Shown: one piece after another, positions 10,849 to 21,969 of the stretch
Position numbering within the stretch: position 1 is the first letter of the stretch
How the letters are laid out: every line of letters starts with the position of its first letter
Assembly (NCBI RefSeq): GCF_964355755.1
Contig: NC_092671.1
Coordinates: 1,364,001 to 1,428,000, forward strand
Reading direction: 5' to 3'
Source of the DNA: Antedon mediterranea
Lineage: Eukaryota > Animalia > Echinodermata
Length of the DNA: 64,000 bases
The notes under the pieces: generated by a model
The model's database searches: none
What the model was told of the DNA's origin: nothing
The model's input: only the letters and a program-made list of their open reading frames with translations
Made by a program: the position numbers and the translations under genes

Positions 10849-11854
10849 ATGTACAGACAAAAAAGGCAGCACAAAAAAACTAGACCTTGTTTAACTTGTT
10901 TTGATTGTGACAAGAAAAAAACGGGGAAATACTTTTGTGGTGTTTGTAAGTTTGCGTGCAACAATGACAGTATATTTTGTGATTATTGCTTACGCTGGTT
11001 CCACATATTGTGCGAAAACTTAACTAAAGCAAACTTGCATAGCTTAGGTAACTCTCCTTTGCATTTCACTTGTTCCGAATGCTGTAGCCCTAATGGCAGT
11101 TTTGATTTTTTGGCCTCATTAGAGCGTATTGATTCAGCTACCAAAAACAATTACAATATACTTGACATAGCGCAAAGTGAACGTTTATTTCTACGTAATC
11201 ATCGCTTTAGTAAACCCCCGTTTACGATATCTCAACAGTATGTCATCGATGCTGTTTCTACAAGTATAATGAACAAATGTGGAGGTGGGCGTTTAATCCC
11301 TGTATCTGTCGCTGGTGACGGTAGCTGCTTGTTTAATGCCGTAGCTGTTGCTTTGACTGGCAATGAAAACATTGCTACTGAACTTCGCGTAAGAACATTT
11401 GTTGATATGGTAGAAAAAGAAACATTCTACAAGGAACTGCACAAACATTCAAAAATTGCTTTAACCAGTCCTGATTACAATCTCGCTTGTTCAGATTGTA
11501 GTCGTGAAAGCGGTTATTCTTCAGCTTGGCAGATACAGGCGTTGTCTAGTGTTATAGGGCAAGAAATTATTTCTGTGTATCCTCCTTATAATGGCGTTAC
11601 TGACAATGCACATCGCATATTGAATAGAAGTTTTTATCCTTGCGAAGAAACAGCTGACAGACATCCGATTTTTATTATGTGGACTAGTACACTATTACCT
11701 TCTTCAAAGGGTACGTGGATTCCTAACCACTTTGTCCCGTTATTGGACAGTTCTTTAATAGATGAGAGAGTGTGTTTACCCGAAATATTGTCATCTTGCT
11801 TGTCATCTACTTCGTATGACGACATTGGTCACAAGAAAGTAATCAAAAGGAAAG
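10849..11854 (+). CDS. First coding exon: PHD finger plus vertnin-type OTU cysteine protease/deubiquitinase domain
   Basis: PHD C4HC3 pattern CGVC..CDYC..WFHILC..CSEC (~10936-11082). OTU motifs VAGDGSCLFNAV (Asp 11317, Cys 11326), ELRVRT, YSSAWQIQALSSVIG..I.SVYP, IFIMWT, WIPNHFVPL (His 11728), resembling VRTN-family OTU domains. Acceptor TTTCAG at 10845 precedes the ATG; donor AAG|GTAAAT at 11855. Confidence 0.88.
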
Positions 11855-14800
11855 GTAAATTAGGCCTACTCTACTAATTTAGACAAATGGTTTCTTATTT
11901 ATTTGTACAAATTTAAAAAAAATAAAATTTTAGGATAAGAATACACAAAACTTATCCGTACGTAGTGTACGCAATAGATTGGTTCATTGTTATTTTTTAT
12001 TGTAACGAAGTTATCTCAGAGGTGTGTTTATATTATTGACCGAGATAAATCTAAATTTTTATAGTTCAAAAAAAGAAAAGGCGACCGAAAATGAAAGAAC
12101 GAATCGCAACTATAGTACCCATATCATCTGATTCCGTTGACTCAACACCACAGGTTGATCCTACAGACTTTCCCTCCACTTCTGTTGATAGACAACCTTT
12201 CCATAAACGGGATATGATTTCCCTATCTCCACTGTCCACGCCCAACAGCGACAACGTACCCATGTCGATGACAACGCCCGACTTGAAAACCACAACAGAT
12301 ACGCAACATGCAAGAGGTAGTGTTTTGTTCTGTTATTTTTTTTTTAACAAAGACATGTTTTATTTAATAAGTGTAGGCGTCTATAGAAAACTGAGATATC
12401 TGATTGTATCTACATCAAATACAATTGTGTGTTTGTACTTATCGATATGAATCTACATTTTTATAGTGCGAAAAAAGAAAACAAGGCGACCGAAGAAGAA
12501 GCAACGAATCGCAACCACAGTAACCATATCATCTGATTCCGTTGACTCAACACTTGATCCTACAGACGTTCCCTCCACTTCTGTTGATAGACAACCTTTC
12601 CATAAACGTGATATGATTTCCATATCTCCACTCTCCACATCAAACAGCGACAACGGCAAAAAGACAGACACAAATGCCACGATGGCTAATTTAGAGGGCT
12701 ATCCAGCTACCTCTTTTTTTAACCAATCTTCCAATATAGATTCTGATCTGATTTCATTATCACACCCATTTTCTGACCCCAACAAGAACAGCAATGATCA
12801 TGCAGACACCAATGAAAAGTTACTACCTAATCATAATGATGTATTGCATATGCCTATAACAGGAAAGCCTTCCGATAGTGTGATTTTCCAATCCCCAATT
12901 TGTAACCCCCACAGCGAAATCATAAAGGAAAAAAGCACCATAAAAACTATGCAACATGAAGGTAAGTGTTTTGTTCGTTTTGATCTTCGCATTACAAGAT
13001 CTGTGTTAGAAAACACAAATTTTAGATATATCTAAGTTTTCTAGATCTAAAAAACTCAGATATTTGAGTTTCCTAGAATTATGAAATTTAAATAACAAGA
13101 TCCGAGTTTCAATCTTCAAATATAAAAATCAAATCACATAATACAGTAAATCGTGTCATTATTAATAAGAGGGTAGTGTTTAAAATACACCTATCATTGT
13201 AAGTACTGTTATTTGCAATATAGTACTGCGGTCAACCTGCATAAAATGCGCCTAAAATGTATAACATGATATAGAACACTGTTCAATGTCTGATTGTTTA
13301 TCATGTATGTTATTTACCTTTAAAAGGCAAAAGAAAAGCTCCCAGCAATAGCCTGAAAATATAGGGGAATACATTTGTAGTTATGTATTGCATTATGGTT
13401 TGACAAATATTTTATATATTTTCAAAAAGGAAAACAGCAGAGGCGACACACTGTATTTTTCAAGATTGAAGATGTCGGTGATAATTCACCATTTATATTT
13501 TCTTCGTCCGAGTCTGAAGTTGATCCTACAGACTTTCCCTCCAATTCTGTTGATACACAACCTTTCCATAAACGGGATATGATTTCCATATCTCCACTGT
13601 CCACACCCAACAGCGACAACGTACCCATGTCGATGACAACGCCCGACTTGAAAACCACAAAAGATACGCAACATGCAGGAGGTAGTGTTTTGTTCTGTTT
13701 TTTTTTTTGTAAAAAATAAATGTTTTATTCAATAAGTGTAGGTGTCTATAGGAAACTGAGATATCTGATTGTATCTAGATCAAATAACATTGTGTGTTTG
13801 TACTTATCGATATGAATCTACATTTTTATAGTACGAAAAAAGAAAACAAGGCGACCGAAGAAGAAGCAACGAATCGCAACCATAGCAACCATATCGTCTG
13901 ATTCCGTTGACTCAACACCACAGGTTGATCCTACAGACTTTCCCTCCACTTCTGTTGATAGACAACCTTTCCATAAACGTGATATGTTTTCCATATCTCC
14001 AATCTCCACACCAAACAGCGACAACGTACCCTTGTCGATGACAACGCCCGACTTGAAAACTACAACAGCTACGCAACATGCAGGAGGTAGTGTTTTGTTC
14101 TGTTTTTTTTTTTTTTAACAAAGACATGTTTTATTTAATAAGTGTAGGTGTCTATAGAAAACTGAGATATCTGATTGTATCTACATCAAATACAATTGTG
14201 TGTTTGTACTTATCGATATGAATCTACATTTTTATAGTGCGGAAAAAGAAAACAAGGCGACCGAAGAAGAAGCAACGAATCGCAACCACAGTAACCATAT
14301 CTTCTGATTCCGTTGACTCAACACTTGATCCTTCAGACTTTCTCTCCACTTCTGTTGATAGACAACCTTTCCATAAATGTGATGTGATTTCCATATCTCC
14401 ACTCTCCACATCAAACAGCGACAACGGCAAAAAGACAGACACTAATGCCACGATGGCTAATTTTGAGGGCATTCCAGCTACCTCTTTTTTTAACCAATCT
14501 TCCAATATAGATTTTGATCATCAATTTTCTGACCCCAACAACGACAGCAGTGATCATGCAGACACCAATGAAAAGTTACTACCTAATCGTAATGATGTAT
14601 TGCATATGCCTATAACAGGAAAGCCTTCTGATAGTGTGATTTTCCAATCCCCAATTTGTAACCCCCACAGCGAAATCATAAAGGAAAGAAGCACGTCGAT
14701 GACAACGCCCGACTTGAAAACCACAAAAACTATGCAACATGAAGGTAAGTGTTTTGTTCGTTTTGATCTTCGCATTACAAGAATAGATCTGTGTTAGAAA

Positions 14801-17800
14801 ACACAAATTTTAGATATATCTAAGTTTTCTAGATCTAAAAAACTCAGATATTTGAGTTTCCTATATTTATGAAATTTAAATAACAAGATCCGAGTTTCAA
14901 GCTTCAAATATAAAAATCAAATCACATAATACAGTAAGTCGTGTCATTGTTAATAAGAGGGTAGTGTTTAAAATACACCTATCATTGTAAGTACTCATTG
15001 TTATTTGCCAAAAATAGTACTGCGGTCAACCTGCATAAAATGCGGCTAAAATGTATATCATGATATAGAACACGATTCAATGTCTGATTGTTTATCATGT
15101 ATGTTATTTACCTTTAAAAAGCAAAGGAAAAGCTCCCAGCAATAGCCTGAAAATATAGGGGAATACATGTATAGTTATGCATTGCATTATGGTTTGACAA
15201 ATATTTTATATATTTTCAAAAAGGAAAACACCAGAGGCGACACACTGTATTTTTCAAGATTGAAGATGTCGGCGATAATTCACCATTTATATTTTCTTCG
15301 TCCGAGTCTGAAGTTGATCCTACAGACTTTCCCTCCACTTCTGTTGATACACAACCTTTCCATAAACGGGATATGATTTCCATATCTCCACTGTTCACAC
15401 CAAATAGCGACAACGTACCCATGTCGATGACAACGCCCGACTTAAAAACCACGAAAGTAACGAATCATGCAGGAGGTAGTGTTTTGATCTGTTGTTTTTT
15501 TTTTAACAAAGTAATGTTTTATTCAATAAGTGTAGGTGTCTATAGGAAACTGAGATATCTGAATGTATCTAGATCATATAACATTGTGTGTTTTTACTTA
15601 TCGATATGAATCTACATTTTATAGTGCGGAAAAAGAAAACAAGGCGACCGAAGAAGAAGCAACGAATCGCAACCATATCATCTGATTCCGTTGACTCAAC
15701 ACCACAGGTTGATCCTACAGACGTTCCCTCCACTTCTGTTGATAGACAACCTTTCCATAAACGTGATATGATTTCCATATCTCCACGCTCCACACCAAAC
15801 AGCGACAACAGCAAAAAGACAGACACAAATGCCACGATGGCTAATTTTAAGGGCATTCCAGCTACCTCTTTTTTTAGCCAATCTTCCGATATAGATTTTG
15901 ATTTGATTTCATTATCACATCAATTTTCTGACTCCAACAACGACAGCAGTGATCATACAGACACCAATGAAAAGTTACTACCTAATCGTAATGATGTATT
16001 GCATACGCCTATAACAGGAAGGCCTTCCGGCGATAGTGTGATTTTCCAATCCCCAATTTGTAACCCCCACAGCGAAATCATAAAGGAAAAAAGCACGTCG
16101 ATGACAACGCCCGACTCGAAAACCACAAAAACTATGCAACATGAAAGTAAGTGTTTTGTTCGTTTTGATCTTCGCATTACAAGATCTGTGTTAGAAAACA
16201 CAAGTTTTAAATATATCTAAGTTTCCTAGATCTAAAAAACTCAGATATTTGAGTTTCTTAAATTTATGATATTTCAATAACAAGATTCGAGTTTCATTAT
16301 TCAAATAGAAAACTCAAATCACCAAATACAGTAAATCGTGTCATTATTAATAAGAGGGTAGTGTTTAAAATACACCTATCATTGTAAGTACTGTTATTTG
16401 CAATAGTACTGCGGTCAACCTGCATAAAATGCGGATAAAATGTATCATGATATAGAACACGATTCAATGTCTGATTGTTTATCATGTACTGTATGTTATT
16501 TACCGTTAAAAAGCAAAAGAAAAGCTCCCAGCAATAGCATGAAAATATAGGGGAATACATTTGTAAGTTATGTATTGCTTTATGGTTTGACAAATATTTA
16601 TATATTTTTAAAAAGGAAAAAAACAGAGGGGACACACTGCATTTGTCAAGATTGAAGACGTCGGCGATAATTCACCAATTATATTTTCTTCGTCCGAGTC
16701 TGAAGTTGCTCTAAGTAATTCCGAAACACGATACAGTCACATAAACAATTCATTTAGTTCTGATCTGGAAAAGCAAGGTTCGTTATTTAATTTACACAAC
16801 CTAATTGAAACACTATATTAATAAAATCTACATTATCTTTGTGTGACACAATATTCGAAAACAAAATTCATTATCATTTCCAATATGCAATTAAAATTAA
16901 AATAATTCTGTTTATTTTTGTGGGAAATTGTGACGGCTGATATCTTTTATTTTCCAAATAAAACTATCTTTAGATGTATCGACTACGTTTTAGCGTGTTC
17001 TTAAGGTACAATTACATGTTACTAATATACTAATATTCTATTGTGAAAATATTACATATAAAATAGAAAATGCATGCATCATACATTTGCTCAAAAGTAA
17101 CTATTGAAATAAAGTTTATAAACAGTGCCCGCAAAAAAGGAAACATGCCTATTACTGTTATTAAATATTTTGAAATTTTCAATATGCTTCGTTTTAGGTG
17201 ACCGAATGTCGTGCAAAAGGTTCACAAAGCGGTTGTTAAACAAAAAATTTGTTCAGGTGTCTGAACTATACCAAATCCTCATGAAAACATCAGAAAATGC
17301 AACATTCCCAGACATTCCGCAGGGTGTTAAAGAAAATATGTTATTTGTTGTCAACAATGAAGGCAATGTACAACAACGTTTTGGAGGTGGTCGTAGCTTC
17401 TTTCCTGATGATTGTGGTGTATGGGACTCGTCAAGTAGTAGTACTCCGAAGACACAGTTCACAAGAGTAGCTGGAAGGCTTATCACCATTGTCTTTAAGT
17501 GTGATAGATTTTGCATTAAAAAAAACGGTACTTGGGTCCCGCTCGTACCACAACCGACTAATATTATAACTTTGCATAGGTGTTATTGTAAATTAAAACG
17601 AGACAAAGGGTACAAAAAACGAGTGTCGTGGATAGAAAACGAAAACGAAAAAATGAACAACTTCAATAGGCCTAAAGCAGTAGTTGAATACATTGGCAAT
17701 TTTCCTTTTACCATTTCGTCACATGGTAATGACAGACATACACACACAGAATACGTACGTACTCATCCGAAAGTTCTACGTGATGCTGAATGTAGACTTG

Positions 17801-19077
17801 TCCATTCCAAACCCAGGGATACTTACGCAGATATGGTTTTTTCTAACCCCGAAAGCGCACCCAGAGATATGAAACAACTGAGAAATTTGAAATATAACCG
17901 ATCAAAAAAACTCACCACAGGTAGTAGGTCTAATGTTGCCGATGATATACAAAATTTAATAACCGAATTAACAAAACATGAATTTGTAAAAAAAGTCTTT
18001 GCTGTACCTAATCAGCCTCCTTGTGTAATTCTGTACACAAACAATCAAATTAATGACTTACGAAGGTTTTGTTGTGGCAATATTTCTCAAAGTATACTAG
18101 GGATCGATAGGACTTTTAACTTGGGGGCTTGCTATTTAACGGTTACTGTTTTTAAAAACACTCTATTGCTTAAAAAAGAAGCAAATGATCATCCCATTTT
18201 TGTCGGCCCGATGCTATTACACTGGGATGGTCGGTACAGCACGTATCTTGATTTCTTTACACATTTGCGTTGTCAGCTTGACAGTGACATAAACAATTCC
18301 GAAGTTGGTATGAGTTGTAATATGGTCATAGGTTCCGACGAAGAAAAGGCAATTTTGAAAGCTTTAAACTTTTCTTTCCCCAATTCGCGACACATATTGT
18401 GCACAAGGCATATCAAGCAAAATGCATCTCGTTACTTGCTTGAAAAGCAAGGAGCAAATAATAAGTACCGACAAATAATACTAAACAAAATCTTTTCGCC
18501 GTCCGGATTACTTGGGAGTACAAACATTTCACAATTTGACAAACGTTCACTACAATTGGAAATAGATTTCCAAAAACAAGTTCCACTATTTGGAAATTAT
18601 TTTAGAGATAAACTGTGCCCAACCTTAAAAGAAAAGGTTTTCAGACCCAATATTACCGACCGAGTGATTCCGGACCGTTGGACAAACAACAACTGCGAAA
18701 GCATAAATCACATTCTAAAACTATCCATTAACTGGAAACCACAAAGGCTTCCAGATTTAGTACAAATTCTACACAAAATTGCGAAATTACAATATGCAGA
18801 CGCCCGGCGTGCAATTCACGGACAAGGCAATTTTTACGTTATCCCTAGATTAAAGAAATATACAGTGCCAAATTCGGTTTGGATAGGGAAATCTGAAGAT
18901 GAAAAAAACAAATATGTTTTACGATTTTTGAAAATATCACTGAACAAAACAGTTGCAAAAACAACAACATCTAAAGACGGGAAATTAATTATTCCTGCAA
19001 CACCACAATGTGCTAAAAAACCAGGACAAAAAAAAAGAACCAGAGTTGCAAAAACCACATCATTCAGTAAGAAATAA
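10849..19077 (+). CDS. Predicted 10-coding-exon fusion protein (~1860 aa): PHD finger - OTU (vertnin-like) protease - low-complexity repeat linker - MULE DDE transposase
   Basis: Manual splicing: 10849-11854, 12065-12316, 12467-12961, 13430-13681, 13832-14086, 14238-14744, 15224-15475, 15625-16146, 16616-16777, 17198-19077 (5583 nt). Every intron is GT..AG and phase 1, and every internal exon is a multiple of 3 and stop-free in the joined frame. Four donors are the weaker GTAGTG and three acceptors end AAAAAG, so exon usage needs RNA support. Confidence 0.75.
12065..16777 (+). repeat. Tandemly duplicated exon-intron cassettes encoding a Ser/Thr/Pro/Asp-rich linker with basic heads
   Basis: Exon order X,Y,Z,X,Y,Z,Y,Z' (252, 495, 252, 255, 507, 252, 522, 162 nt) with duplicated introns (four of 149-151 nt, three of 468-479 nt). 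Shared core DPTDFPSTSVDRQPFHKRDMISISPLST; heads RKKKTRRPKKKQR or GKQQRRHTVFFKIED. Confidence 0.9.
17198..19077 (+). CDS. Terminal exon: MULE/Mutator-family DDE transposase
   Basis: Uninterrupted frame. Motifs LGIDRTFNLG (D at 18106), IGSDEEKA (D at 18337), ILCTRH (CxxH, 18400-18411) and WTNNNCESINH (E at 18697); N-terminal DDCGVW..VVEYIG..SHGN..YVRT putative DNA-binding region; basic C-terminal tail. Acceptor TTTTAG at 17197 is in frame for phase 1. Confidence 0.92.
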
Positions 19078-21619
19078 GAGTTGTATCAAGACTTGAAAGA
19101 ATTAATGGTGAAGATTTTACTTAGGCTATTTTATATTCACACTTATTTGAAACTCATAATCTACAATAATTACACTCTTTTTATAATAATATTGTTTTGT
19201 ATATGTTTTTAACTTAATATCATTTATATTAAATCAGTATATACTTGTATAATACAAAGATTTGAATGTGAAAAAAATAGTACCGTATTTATTCGAATAA
19301 ATTGAATAAATGCAACCCAACCCCTCTAATTAGGGCGACAATTACACAAACTAATTTTTACTCTATTTAACACGTCGTGATGTAATTGTATTGTAGTTTT
19401 CATATTGAAGAGGTTCCGAGATATCTATTGAACCATTTTACACCAAAAAAAAAAATAAAAAGTGCATTAAGCTTATTCAATCGGTTTCCCTAAATTTTGT
19501 CGAAGAACCCCATTATCCACGCCATCAATGTGTCAAAAGCTAGTAATTTGATTAAATGTTCTCAGTTGTGTTTTATGTCGCACATTTAATAATTCCACAT
19601 CTCGTACGTTTTACTATTACTTTAACAATGAAACGTTTATTATTAAAGGTAGGCCTACCTTAGTTTCTCGTGTTATTAATTCTGTTTGCACTTATTAAAT
19701 CTATCTTTTTATATTAATTATTGTTAAAGTTAAGTCGCATTTTAAATATACTTATGTATTTACTCCAGTATTTGTCACAGTGTTAAATTTTTATTATTTA
19801 ATAACGCATTTACTAGATAGCATTTACAGATTATTATTGCAATTTTAAATATGTTTATATTGGTTTGTACATGGAGGTCCTCCATGGTTTGTATAACACT
19901 ACTTCCTAAAAACATACGTTCTCTGTCTAACAATTTTTAAAAGCAATGCAATCGTATCCGATTTAGATTGACAACTTAGCAGTTGTAAATATTCAGTTTT
20001 GCAATTAGCATTAAGTTATAAAATTTCTTTTTTCTTTTAAACTTTTGTTCGATAATTTGTATTTTTTCTCCACATAGAATATAAATCACTTTGCCTTCAA
20101 CAAACATGTGTATTAAGTTTGTTCTTTTTCAAAAAAAAATTCACAAATTGATATTTTATTGAGTTTCAACCTATACCTAAAAAAACATTAGATTTCAGTA
20201 TGTTTTGTGTGTTTTTTTTTACAAATTAAATTTAGGTAGATGTTGATAATACATTTGATATCTTGAATCAAGTTTGTATACCTCAAAAACATTATATTTA
20301 ATGCCTTTCCTCTGGTCAAGAGACGAGATAAGCCCTTGACCAATGTTAGGACCAATCAAGGTGCTTTAAACAGTCCTGGCTTTGTTTGTATCAAACCTGT
20401 TAGTGGCGGTAATTATCGCTGTTGGTTTTTATTTTAATAAAATAAAAAATAAAAAAATAAAAAAGGAATTATGTTACAGATTTTCAGTTGTGTTCTCATG
20501 TATTATTTAAAACATGAAAAATGTTATTTATTTACTACACTATGTTATTTAAATTTAGTTTGTTGTAGTTAAACAAACATGGCTAGATGTTGATAATACA
20601 TCTGATATCTTGAATCGAGTTTGTACCTCGAAACAAAATGAAATTTAGTACTAAAAAGATGTTACAGACTTGAGTTGTGTTCTCATGTTCTCTCAATATG
20701 ATTAGGCCTAAGGTTAATAAAGATTTACAAGTTAATGAAACATGTTTGTGTTTTCACTTCCTGTCATCATTTTTGTCAGACTATTATATATATATATATA
20801 TTTCAACGGAGAAAAACATTCATTAACTCATTAATCAGGGGAAACAACATTACGTTTAATTGTTAAACAACTTAATCAAAATTAAGCTGTCGCTGCAAAA
20901 GACTTAAAATGAATCCTCTCTAAAACGCACACTGCTGGAATTAAGAATTTAACTTATTTAATAAATGTTTATATATTTTTCTTTTTTATTTTAACCTTGA
21001 TTTTAATTTGTATTACAATACTTGTCTAGTCTAGTGGTGAATTGGGCATTACACCAGAAGGCTAGCTATACTCTTTCTTTCAAATTGATTTTTTAATGAA
21101 ACAAGTACTTTGAACAAATTCATGCGTGAGCACATAGGCATCATTTTCTCTCTATTTGCATTCAAATAAATTACAGTTATTCGTTTAGTGAACAAATAAA
21201 TTCAAGAATCAACATTAAAATAACGTCAAATGATATGAGTTATGAGGTTCCATTTTTCATGAATTTTACGCGCGAGAGTACCCATTTCCGGCCATCTAGC
21301 TAGGGGTGTCATGGGAGTAAATTAGCTTCGTCACAGGCCCCACCATGGTTCCAATACTTCTTATCATTTTATCAGAACTAAACTTACCCACCCACCCACA
21401 ATGATCATCTCAGGCATTACAAATTTCTTAGTAGGCCTTCTAGCTGTTATATGGCCACCGAATAACAAAGTTTAATAAATAATAGACTATTTAATTAATT
21501 TTCAGTGGATTATTTGTTGGGTACTTGGGGGTATAGGCCTACTATAAAACAAAAAAACACCTCTGACGTATTTAGCTTTGCTTTTTGCTTCTCAGTTTGA
21601 AATGAACATGTCATAGGGG

Positions 21620-21689
21620 AAAACTTTACCTTTGCTCCCCCCCCCCCCCCCCCACATCTCCCTATTTCAAAATCCTGGATCCGCCCCTG
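21620..21689. mobile_element. hAT-like MITE end fragment
   Basis: Poly-C run followed by AAATCCTGGATCCGCCCCTG, a common hAT MITE terminus; no partner end seen. Confidence 0.45.
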
Positions 21690-21780
21690 ATTTTGGTGCC
21701 GAATACTCGTCAGATCCTGACAACCAAACCAAGGCTCACGTGTAATAACGCAGTGCTATCTACTTCAATATATCATTAAT

Positions 21781-21959
21781 ATAGAGGGCGACATAACAAA
21801 AAATTTGTTTTCGGTAATTAGATTTGTTTTAGTTTGTTTTCGGTTTGTTTTCGGTTGTTTAGGGTTGTTTCCGGTTGTTTTCGGTTGTTTTCGGTTATTT
21901 TCGGTTGTTTTCGGTTGTTTTCGGTTGTTTTCGGTTGTTTTCGGTAATTAGACTGACCC
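21781..21959 (-). repeat. Right TIR with (TGTTTTCGGT)n array
   Basis: Reverse complement of the left TIR with a somewhat larger number of 10-bp units; begins ATAGAGGGCGACAT. Confidence 0.9.
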
Positions 21960-21969
21960 CACTGTTCCT
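21960..21969. repeat. Right target-site duplication (CACTGTTCCT)
   Basis: Identical to 4460-4469. Confidence 0.92.

Larger units (their letters stand above)
4470..21959 (+). mobile_element. Giant (17.5 kb) putatively autonomous Mutator-like (MULE/MuDR) DNA transposon
   Basis: Left end c-GGTCAGTCTAATTACCGAAAACAACC and right end GGTTGTTTTCGGTAATTAGACTGACC-c are perfectly inverted over 56 bp. Identical 10-bp direct repeats CACTGTTCCT flank it (4460-4469, 21960-21969). An internal ORF has MULE DDE/CxxH motifs, and 9-11 bp TSDs are typical of Mutator elements. Confidence 0.93.

Noticed and set aside
12066-16635. Many minus-strand ORFs in the repeat region
   Set aside because: Antisense shadows of the duplicated plus-strand exons; splice signals and frame continuity support only the plus strand.
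17125-17197. GTG start of a stand-alone 650-aa transposase
   Set aside because: Reads as intron end with an in-frame phase-1 acceptor. A short form from the ATG at 17206 cannot be excluded.
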